From Patescibacteria group bacterium (GTDB lineage Bacteria; Patescibacteriota; Minisyncoccia; 2-02-FULL-40-12; GWA2-44-9), in the NCBI GenBank assembly GCA_038061995.1, contig JBBTYA010000002.1, forward strand, positions 83,282 to 147,281: a stretch of DNA of 64,000 bases. Direction: 5' to 3'. This document shows positions 57,122 to 64,000 of the stretch, piece after piece; within the stretch, counting starts at the first letter, position 1; each line of letters starts with the position of its first letter. The notes beneath the pieces were generated by a model that made no database searches, was not told the origin of the DNA, and was given only the letters and a program-made list of their open reading frames with translations. Both the position numbers and the translations under genes were made by a program.

Positions 57122-57144
57122 ATGGTTACTACCGATGTAGTTGC

Positions 57145-57507
57145 TTACTTGAGGTCAACCGTTGCGCCTGCGTCCATCAACTTCTTCTTCATGTCTTCTG
57201 CGTCTGCTTTCTTCACTTCTTCTTTGACGGTTGCAGGAACGTTGTCGGTCATGTCCTTCACTTCCTTGAGGCCGAGGCCGGTTAATTCGCGGAGAACCTT
57301 AATGACCTGGATCTTCTGCTCGCCAGCGTTGGTGAGTACAACGGTGAAGGAATCCTTCTCTTCCGCTGCTGCGCCACCTGCTGCTGGTGCTGCCATGGCA
57401 AATGCCGCGGCGGAGACACCGAACTTTTCTTCGAGCCCCTTCACGAGCTCATTGAGCTCGCTGACGCTCATCTTTTCAATGTGTTCAATAAATGTTGCTT
57501 TGTCCAT
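57145..57507 (-). CDS. rplL: 50S ribosomal protein L7/L12
   Basis: Family match. Confidence 0.95.
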   Translation of the reverse strand: MDKATFIEHIEKMSVSELNELVKGLEEKFGVSAAAFAMAAPAAGGAAAEEKDSFTVVLTNAGEQKIQVIKVLRELTGLGLKEVKDMTDNVPATVKEEVKKADAEDMKKKLMDAGATVDLK

Positions 57508-57513
57508 ACGTGG

Positions 57514-58152
57514 TTATTCAGCAGCAGGCGTTTCGCTTACTGCAGGTGCTTCTGCCGGTGTTTCTGCGGGAGCTTCCGCTGACACATCCGGAGCAGGAGC
57601 GGCTTCTTCAACAACTGGCGCTACCGGTTCCGCTACAGGCGCAGGTGCTGCTGCAGGTTGCTTGTCGGCAATCTGTTGCAAGACCATCGCAAGCGAACGG
57701 ATCGGATACTGGAGCATGCCCAAGAGACGCACTACCAACTCTTCGCGTGATGGCATGGTTGCCATTTCTGCGAGTAGCTCTGGGGTGATGTAGCCATCGC
57801 CCCATGCGCTGTAGAGCTTGAGTGCTTCGTGCTCTTTGGCAAACTTGTAGACTTCGCGAGCGGCGGCGTATTGGTCGCCTTCTGCAAGTGCGATTCCAAC
57901 GGAACCATTCATGCTAAAGACATCAACGCCATCGTAGTTTAGGTCGCGGGATGCGATATCAACCAAGCTCTTCTTCGCAATCAGGAACTCTGCCCCGATC
58001 TTACGAAGCGCTCGCTTGAGCTGCTGCATCTCGGCAACCGACAACCCCTTTTCTCCATCACGTGCAAACGTGGTGAAGATACGAATGGTTGCTTTCGGGA
58101 GCTTCTCTTTTAACAGAGAGAGCTCACTTGCCTTCTGTGTTCGTGTTTTCAT
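57514..58152 (-). CDS. rplJ: 50S ribosomal protein L10 with an Ala/Pro-rich C-terminal extension
   Basis: Family match. Confidence 0.95.
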   Translation of the reverse strand: MKTRTQKASELSLLKEKLPKATIRIFTTFARDGEKGLSVAEMQQLKRALRKIGAEFLIAKKSLVDIASRDLNYDGVDVFSMNGSVGIALAEGDQYAAAREVYKFAKEHEALKLYSAWGDGYITPELLAEMATMPSREELVVRLLGMLQYPIRSLAMVLQQIADKQPAAAPAPVAEPVAPVVEEAAPAPDVSAEAPAETPAEAPAVSETPAAE

Positions 58153-58325
58153 AGTACAAACGACTCTATAATGCTACGCGCTTCGACCAATAAAAAAGCC
58201 TGCGCGCAGCCGCAGACTCTCAGGGAGAGTATTTCCTCGGCGGGTCTTATGGACGCCCGCTGTCTACGGCTTACCCATTAGTATACAAAAAACCTGTGAA
58301 AATGCAAGGAACTACCGCCCCTTCT
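58153..58325 (-). promoter_or_regulatory. probable rplJ (L10) leader region
   Basis: About 170-nt structured untranslated region upstream of rplJ, by analogy with L10 leaders. No specific motif verified. Confidence 0.3.
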
Positions 58326-58466
58326 CATGTTGTTTAAGTATTCTCCCTACCACGCGTCGAGCATCCTGCGAATGCTCGCGCTCCTACTCGCCCTCACCTT
58401 ATGTTATAGAGCAATCTTTACTGTTCGGGCTGCGAGAGGGTAGAACCGAATACATAAACAACATAT
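58326..58466. repeat. conserved ~104-nt intergenic element, copy 2 (core 58345..58448) enclosed by a 17-bp flanking stem
   Basis: Core is about 93% identical to 420..523. Flanks ATGTTGTTTAAGTATTC / GAATACATAAACAACAT are complementary to each other and differ in sequence from the copy-1 flanks. Confidence 0.6.
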
Positions 58467-58479
58467 CCGCAATATGAGC

Positions 58480-58583
58480 AAAACCCTAAACGATACGCGA
58501 AGCATTTCGGAGCACGACGGTGCGAGAACTAGATGCGCCGCTAGTAAGCGGCGACAGCGTGCTGAGTCTTCGATTAGGGTTTT
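58480..58583. other. about 104-nt compound stem-loop (outer inverted repeat AAAACCCTAAACGA / TCGATTAGGGTTTT with inner GCGCCGC-tagtaa-GCGGCG hairpin)
   Basis: Lies between repeat copy 2 and the mltG stop. Non-coding. Confidence 0.4.
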
Positions 58584-58615
58584 GCAGAATATCTCACACT
58601 AAATAGCGTATGCCT

Positions 58616-59590
58616 TTAAATCCCCAAATACTTCGCCCGATTGCGCACATGCTCTGCGTAGGTTTCAGCAAAAATAACGTGGCTTCCACTGCGCGGCGAC
58701 AGATAATACAAATATTTTGAAGCCTTTGGGTGCTCTGCAGCCTTGATCGCCAGCGCGCCCGGGTTCGCAATCGGCCCCTCGGGCAAGCCCATGCGTGTAT
58801 ATGTGTTAAAAGGCGAATCTATGACCACTTCCCTGCCAACGGGTACATCGGTCACATCACAGATGTCGCGCATGCCCTGGGCCTTCCAGGAGCGCATGCA
58901 GGCCCCGTAGATGACGGTAGCGTCGAGCTGGAGGGGCATATTGCGCTTAATACGGTTTTGGATCACTCCAGCGATCAATTCAAGCTCTTCTTGCGTCTTT
59001 CCTTCTTTCTCAAGCATAGAGGCAATAATGAGAGTATCTTGCCGCGGGAACCCTGCCTTAGCGCGGAAATTCTCCTGCATCACGCGCCCCATCTCCGCAA
59101 CGGTAGTGCCGGGCAAGAAGCGATAAGTATCTGGAAAGAAGGTACCTTCATCTTGATACCACTCTTTTGCAAATGCACCGCGAGCGATAAACCCTACCGC
59201 CGCGAGCTGACGATCAATTTCCCACACGTTCATGCCTTCATAGATAAGAACACCAATATCTTCTGGCTCCGCCTTACCGCCAGCCATCTTCATCGCGATA
59301 TCCCAAATACTCTCCGTGCGTGGATTAATGATATATCGCCCCGCATGCAGATTCCCCGCTTCACCCAACGCACGCACCAGCAAAGAAAATGCAAGTGACG
59401 AACGCACAACGCCCGCACCCTTGAGTGTGCGAGCGATAGCATCAACCCCTTGTCCCTTTGTTACCGCCACCTCGCGAGCCGCACCCCCCACGGGCACCGC
59501 AAGAATATACACCAGAGCGAGGATAAGGACTCCGGAGATACTCCATGCAAGTGCGACGCGTTGGGAAATGCGGATGCGAGGAAATTCCAT
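58616..59590 (-). CDS. mltG: endolytic murein transglycosylase MltG (YceG-like)
   Basis: N-terminal TM helix and YceG domain. Confidence 0.9.
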   Translation of the reverse strand: MEFPRIRISQRVALAWSISGVLILALVYILAVPVGGAAREVAVTKGQGVDAIARTLKGAGVVRSSLAFSLLVRALGEAGNLHAGRYIINPRTESIWDIAMKMAGGKAEPEDIGVLIYEGMNVWEIDRQLAAVGFIARGAFAKEWYQDEGTFFPDTYRFLPGTTVAEMGRVMQENFRAKAGFPRQDTLIIASMLEKEGKTQEELELIAGVIQNRIKRNMPLQLDATVIYGACMRSWKAQGMRDICDVTDVPVGREVVIDSPFNTYTRMGLPEGPIANPGALAIKAAEHPKASKYLYYLSPRSGSHVIFAETYAEHVRNRAKYLGI

Positions 59591-62037
59591 TAGAGAGGCT
59601 TTTCTTCAAGCGCTTCGCCCGGCGTTACCGTAGCGAGCCCCTGTTCTAGCTGTGCCAGTTTATCTTGCACCACTTTATTGTCTTTGTTGGCCTCAAGAGA
59701 CAAGATACGTTTTACCTGCTCAATCGCTTCAGGAAGCTTCTTCTGCTCTTCAAGGATGAGCGCGAGATACCAGCGAGCATTGCTAAAGTCAGGAGACACT
59801 AACACTGCGCGCTCAAAGGCAGTGACCGCGTCAGCTTTGCGCTCATCGCGGTAGTAGAGCAAGCCAAGCTCAAAGAGCATGTTCGCGTTGCTCGCATTCG
59901 CAGGAATGATGCGCTCAAGCTCTCGAATTGCGTCCTTCACCTTCCCTTGGCGGTCATAGACTGCGCCGAGGTTGTAGATTGCCTGCCCAAAGTTTGGAGA
60001 CATCTCTACAGCTTTCTTAAAGAATTCTTCAGCCTTAATGAGCGAAGCTTCTGCTTCAGCGTTGAAGCGAGCTGCGTTTGCACCGCCACTCCGTGCAAGT
60101 TGGCGCGCCAGGTCTGCCTTTGCAAGATGCATCGTACCCAGCTGGTTATTAAACGTTGGGTCTCCCGGACGTAAGTCGGCCGTCTTCTTATATGCATCTT
60201 CTGCGAGTCCATCAGCGTTCTCTAATACCCCTAAGAGCTGTTGGTACGTGGTAGCAAGGGTAAACCAGTTGAGCGAATCGGAAGCATCGGCTTCGGTGGC
60301 TCGTCGCGCGGCACCAATAGCATTATTCACTGCTGTTTGGATGCGCGCCTGGCGCTCTGCATCCTGCGAACTTGCTGGAGCATTAATCTCACTACCAATC
60401 AGCGCAAGCTGGCGCTGAGCGATCCCTCGTAAGTAGCGGTCCGTATCAGGAGCCCATGCAAGTGCACGAGCCATCGCTTCGCTTGCGGCAGTGTTATCAG
60501 TAATACGCGATGCCTTTGCAAATTGCACATCACCGGTATATGCGGATGCGACGAAGTAGCCGCCGGTCAATACGCTAATGAGCACCGTAATAAAGCCAAG
60601 CGATGCTGCAAGCGACCACGCTGGACGCTCTTCAATGTGAATGAGCTCTTCGTGATCTGCCGCCGCCGCTAGCGCGACAAGAGCAAACACAAGGAACAGC
60701 ACGCCCATAAGCGTCCCCTCAAACGAGAATACGAAGAACCCTGCGAGCATTGCTAGCGCCATACTAAACACGGCACCATGCACGGATTCATCACTTTCTA
60801 CGCGCCGCGCCATGCGCACAAGCGCAAGACCAAGCATCCATACCATAGCGCCAAGCGCCAATATGCCCACAGCTCCCTGTTCTACTACCATGGTCATAGC
60901 TTCTGAAGTGCCTGAGAGGAAACGAATATCCCCAAGTGTCGTTTGCGCAAGGCGCTGTGCGCCAAAGCGATCAAACGCGAGGAGGAAGTTTTCTTGACCA
61001 AACCCTGAGATAAGATTCTTCCCAAATGTTTTGATCATCACATCCCATGAAAGTCCGAACGATGGCGCAACCTCTACCGGCAGCGCGCTACGTACCGCAG
61101 GAACCGAGAAGTTCACAATCATGAGAAACACGCCAAGCACCACGACCGTCATGGGCAAAAGAAAGTGCGCCATGCGGAATGAGCGCGTGCCCATGCGCAA
61201 GGAAGCAACACTATCCCAAATGATCAATCCCACCATGCCCGCAATCGTAGCAACCCAGAACACCCACCAGTTTAAGATCACAAGAATTGCCAAACTCACC
61301 ACGACGCCCAACAGCGCTACGTTGAGCTTTGCAAAGCGCGGCACGGGAAGTTTCAGTTTCGCAAAAAGCGGCAGTGCAAACGCCGCAAGCATACCGAGCG
61401 CATTCACGGAGCCAACGGTGTTGAATGCACGAGAACCAAACGCATCAACGCCAAGGATATATATTTCCAACAACTGCAAAAGCCCGATCACCAACGCCAG
61501 CAACGTGCCAAGACCTAGTGTTTTTGTCAGTGCACGCCCGCGATCATCAAACACATGCAGCGCAACACACGCAATAGCAGAAAGCGCGATAATACTCGTG
61601 AGCGAACCAGCAAAGGTGATCCCGTTTCCGAAGAGACTCTTCTCAGGAGATACGGAGAGCGCCGTTGCCAAAATCCCCGCACCAATAAACGCGGCGAGAA
61701 TAGTAAGCACTGGCGATACGCGCACGCGCAACGTTCCCGAAACAACAATACCGAGGAACCACGCAATGAGCGCAACGCTTGCCGCAACAACGAGAAACAC
61801 GAACTTATTCGCCTCCACTATGGAGCTTGTCACTGGCAACACAAACAGCGGAAGCAGGAACGCGAACACAAGCACCGCCCACTTCGCAATAGAACGATAG
61901 ATCCCCTCTTCTTGTCCACGCTCAGTGCGTGGCCCCGACGCAGTAAGAACTGCATCGGCTGTGCCGTACATATTCATGATAAACACACGATTGTGTGCCT
62001 CCGCACGGGTGCATTCGGTCCGTACGCAGACATGCAA
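59590..62037 (-). CDS. O-antigen ligase (Wzy_C)-like polytopic membrane domain fused to a C-terminal TPR-repeat domain
   Basis: About 12 TM segments. Several TPR-like repeats in the last ~300 aa (AIYNLGAVYDRQGK, MLFELGLLYYRDER...). The true start may be the Met at 61977. Confidence 0.7.
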   Translation of the reverse strand: MHVCVRTECTRAEAHNRVFIMNMYGTADAVLTASGPRTERGQEEGIYRSIAKWAVLVFAFLLPLFVLPVTSSIVEANKFVFLVVAASVALIAWFLGIVVSGTLRVRVSPVLTILAAFIGAGILATALSVSPEKSLFGNGITFAGSLTSIIALSAIACVALHVFDDRGRALTKTLGLGTLLALVIGLLQLLEIYILGVDAFGSRAFNTVGSVNALGMLAAFALPLFAKLKLPVPRFAKLNVALLGVVVSLAILVILNWWVFWVATIAGMVGLIIWDSVASLRMGTRSFRMAHFLLPMTVVVLGVFLMIVNFSVPAVRSALPVEVAPSFGLSWDVMIKTFGKNLISGFGQENFLLAFDRFGAQRLAQTTLGDIRFLSGTSEAMTMVVEQGAVGILALGAMVWMLGLALVRMARRVESDESVHGAVFSMALAMLAGFFVFSFEGTLMGVLFLVFALVALAAAADHEELIHIEERPAWSLAASLGFITVLISVLTGGYFVASAYTGDVQFAKASRITDNTAASEAMARALAWAPDTDRYLRGIAQRQLALIGSEINAPASSQDAERQARIQTAVNNAIGAARRATEADASDSLNWFTLATTYQQLLGVLENADGLAEDAYKKTADLRPGDPTFNNQLGTMHLAKADLARQLARSGGANAARFNAEAEASLIKAEEFFKKAVEMSPNFGQAIYNLGAVYDRQGKVKDAIRELERIIPANASNANMLFELGLLYYRDERKADAVTAFERAVLVSPDFSNARWYLALILEEQKKLPEAIEQVKRILSLEANKDNKVVQDKLAQLEQGLATVTPGEALEEKPL

Positions 62038-62112
62038 TACATGTGAGCTACCCCTATAGTATCAGGCTCTTTACTGCGGTATGCAACATTGACGTGGGGA
62101 TATTTCATCGTC

Positions 62113-64000
62113 TTATGGCAAAGGGGCTGTTTCAGGGATTGGCGCAGGTGTTGGGTCAACGGTAGGTGCTGGGGTAGGTGTCGTGGTTGGAAGAGGCGCC
62201 ACATCAGGGGTTGGCGAAGCTACCATGTCTGGCGTAGGCATGGCACTAGGTGCTGGGTCAACGGTAGGTGCTGGGGTAGGGTCAATTGCTGGCGCTGGCG
62301 TTGGCGATGCTACGGCATCAGGGGTAGGTGTTGGAGAAGCTACTACTGGCGCTGGGGTCGGGTCAACGGTAGGTGCTGGGGTAGGTGTCGCTGAAACTGT
62401 AGGGGCCGGGCTCACCACCGCGCTATCCCCCGCCTCCTCGCCAGCACGGCGGGCAACAACAAGCCAATCAAAGGTTCCGTTGCTATATTGGCCAAATTCC
62501 TGAACCGTGAAACCAAACTCGCTCTTTACAGGAACGGTCAGTGAACCAGCAATACCAGGGCCGGCAGTAAGGAACACGCGAATAGGTACATCCTTTGAGA
62601 TAAGCGCTGTAAACGAGTAGTCAAAGAAGATCTTCGCGCTCCCGCTATTCAAGTTCGACGTACCAGAGAGATAAATCTCGCCACGCGTGGAATCAATACC
62701 AAAGGTGGCAAGCTGTTCGCCCTGCTCTTCAAGCACTACCCTTGATTGCTCCGCGCCCTGTGAGGTTGCGTCACTGCGGAAGATCGTAGCGTTTGGATCA
62801 CTCGTTGTAGAATCGATGGCGATTTCGCGGCCGTTCCAGAATTGCGCCATCATGGAGACATCCACGTTCGGGAATAGATCGCGCGTGGCGAACCACGTCT
62901 TCTTCATGCCAGAAGCGATCACGTCGCCCGTGACACGCACGCTCTCAAACATTGCATTCAGTGTTTGAACCACTGGCGATGTACCGCCGCTAATCGCAAC
63001 ATCCGTCACACCTGAAGCCGGCGTAAACCACGTACGCTCAAGATATACTTGGATTTTCGTATAGGAGCCAGAAGAAACCGTCTCTAAATCTTCAAGCGCG
63101 ACGCCGACAGAGAAGCCTGGCTGTGTTTGTTTTGCTCCAACGCCAGCAACTGATGAAGCAACGATGTGATCACCCTTCTTGATGGGGCCATTCTCCGTAT
63201 TCACCTTGACTGGGAAGAATCCGTATACAACAACTGGCACATAGCTGTCATTCAGCTTCGCACCACTTGCGCCCATTTCTTGATTGAGCATGACACCGAG
63301 AATGTTTGGATCATGAGAAGTCGCTGACTTTCGTGCGATAAATGGCGCGCGCGCATCGCTATATGGGTTTGGCGTAGTGAGATCAAGAGAAAGGATATCT
63401 CCCGGCTCAGCAGTTCCATCAGTGGGCATATATTCTGCAGCGGAAGAACATGTGGCAAGGACAGCGCCGTTATAGCACACGTGAGCTGTTGTGGCGCTAG
63501 CCCACGCTCCAACAGAAATTCCGTTATCAGCCGTTACAGACCCGGTCGTCCGCATAGATCCGGTCACGTCAAGTTTATAGGAAGGAGTGCTATCACCGAT
63601 ACCCACGTTGCCACTGCTTGCAACAGTGAAGAATGCCTGCGATGCAGAACCAAGGATATCAAGGCGAGCAACACTACCAGAGGTTGCAGTGGTGCGGAGA
63701 GAAAACTCTGCGTCGTCCTCGGTGGTGGAGTGGAGATTGAGTAAGACGTTACCCGAAGTGGAGGCGAGAATATTGCCGGCTACATCAAGCTTCTGCTCTG
63801 GCGTCTTTGTACCAACGCCGAGGTTGCCACCATCTGTCATGACGAATCCAACCGTGCTGCCATCTGGCTTAAAGCTCAAATAGTCATCGTTCACGTTGTA
63901 GTCAATAATTGCCTCATCTCCAGACGTACCAATGTGGAGCGAGCCAGACGAGACATAGAGATCGCGCCAGCGGAGCGCCGAAGTGCCAAGGTCATACGTG
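62113..64000 (-). CDS. tail-fibre-like repeat protein with a C-terminal Pro/Thr/Ala-rich tandem-repeat region; 5' end lies beyond the window edge
   Basis: Repeated GN[LV]G[IV]G..TP..KLDV motifs as seen in phage tail-fibre and related surface proteins. The frame is open upstream to nt 64000. C-terminus has PTPAPTVDPTPAP repeats. Confidence 0.6.
   Translation of the reverse strand, partial: TYDLGTSALRWRDLYVSSGSLHIGTSGDEAIIDYNVNDDYLSFKPDGSTVGFVMTDGGNLGVGTKTPEQKLDVAGNILASTSGNVLLNLHSTTEDDAEFSLRTTATSGSVARLDILGSASQAFFTVASSGNVGIGDSTPSYKLDVTGSMRTTGSVTADNGISVGAWASATTAHVCYNGAVLATCSSAAEYMPTDGTAEPGDILSLDLTTPNPYSDARAPFIARKSATSHDPNILGVMLNQEMGASGAKLNDSYVPVVVYGFFPVKVNTENGPIKKGDHIVASSVAGVGAKQTQPGFSVGVALEDLETVSSGSYTKIQVYLERTWFTPASGVTDVAISGGTSPVVQTLNAMFESVRVTGDVIASGMKKTWFATRDLFPNVDVSMMAQFWNGREIAIDSTTSDPNATIFRSDATSQGAEQSRVVLEEQGEQLATFGIDSTRGEIYLSGTSNLNSGSAKIFFDYSFTALISKDVPIRVFLTAGPGIAGSLTVPVKSEFGFTVQEFGQYSNGTFDWLVVARRAGEEAGDSAVVSPAPTVSATPTPAPTVDPTPAPVVASPTPTPDAVASPTPAPAIDPTPAPTVDPAPSAMPTPDMVASPTPDVAPLPTTTPTPAPTVDPTPAPIPETAPLP
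62140..62420. repeat. tandem DNA repeats (about 105-bp period, core GGGTCAACGGTAGGTGCTGGGGTAGG occurring three times) encoding the PT-rich repeat
   Basis: Direct inspection of the sequence. Confidence 0.5.

Noticed and set aside
62089-62394. Plus-strand ORF rich in W/R/G/C.
   Set aside because: It is the antisense of the Pro/Thr/Ala tandem-repeat coding region of the minus-strand gene and has repeat-driven low complexity.
1-64000. CRISPR arrays and cas genes, rRNA genes, IS elements and transposases, integrases.
   Set aside because: No short regularly spaced direct repeats, no recognisable cas/transposase/integrase ORFs and no 16S/23S-like sequence were seen. The only repeats are the two-copy element, the tRNA fragment and the PT tandem repeats.

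Overview
The window reads as a mostly housekeeping stretch of a small-genome bacterium. My impression is CPR/Patescibacteria-like, based on RpoA without an alpha-CTD, a truncated DnaJ, short ribosomal proteins and O-antigen-ligase/TPR membrane proteins. This is inference, not a database result.

Confident content:
- Ribosomal/alpha block: infA-rpmJ-rpsM-rpsK-rpsD-rpoA-rplQ, rplM-rpsI, and also rplI, rpmA, rplU, rplL-rplJ.
- Envelope glycosylation cluster at 13.5-20.9 kb: mreB-coupled GT4, a GT2-GT4 fusion, a Wzy-like ligase, two GT2 and an LCP protein.
- Heat-shock cluster hrcA-grpE-dnaK with a perfect CIRCE operator, plus dnaJ.
- dcw fragment: mraZ-rsmH-ftsL-ftsI-murF.
- Replication/repair genes: a UvrD-like helicase fused to a Cas4-like nuclease, a PriA-like protein with degenerate ATPase motifs, dnaB and recR.
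- Translation genes: gltX, cysS, def, fmt, efp, dus.
- Two tRNAs (Glu-CUC and Val-CAC), NDH-2, an M23 peptidase, CtpA, MltG, CcdA/TlpA and an NRAMP transporter.

Most interesting non-standard observations:
1. A ~104-nt intergenic element occurs twice (420-523 and 58345-58448, about 93% identical). Each copy sits inside different but complementary flanking stems, which suggests a structured RNA gene family.
2. An orphan ~195-nt sRNA has a near-consensus promoter and an intrinsic terminator. It converges on a translationally coupled pair of nucleases (a DEDDy exonuclease and a PD-(D/E)xK/Cas4-like nuclease), next to a membrane protein with an Ada-like Zn domain.
3. A GIY-YIG gene is wedged against tRNA-Glu, with a duplicated tRNA 5' fragment carrying a 20-nt palindromic insert.
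4. A tightly coupled three-gene micro-operon (42-aa TM peptide, 108-aa protein, 45-aa TM peptide) with its own strong promoter and terminator lies beside tRNA-Val.
5. RpoA has no alpha-CTD, PriA has inactivated Walker motifs, and a tail-fibre-like repeat protein is truncated at the window edge.

Coordinates are anchored on the supplied ORF track. Alternative start codons are noted where they matter.
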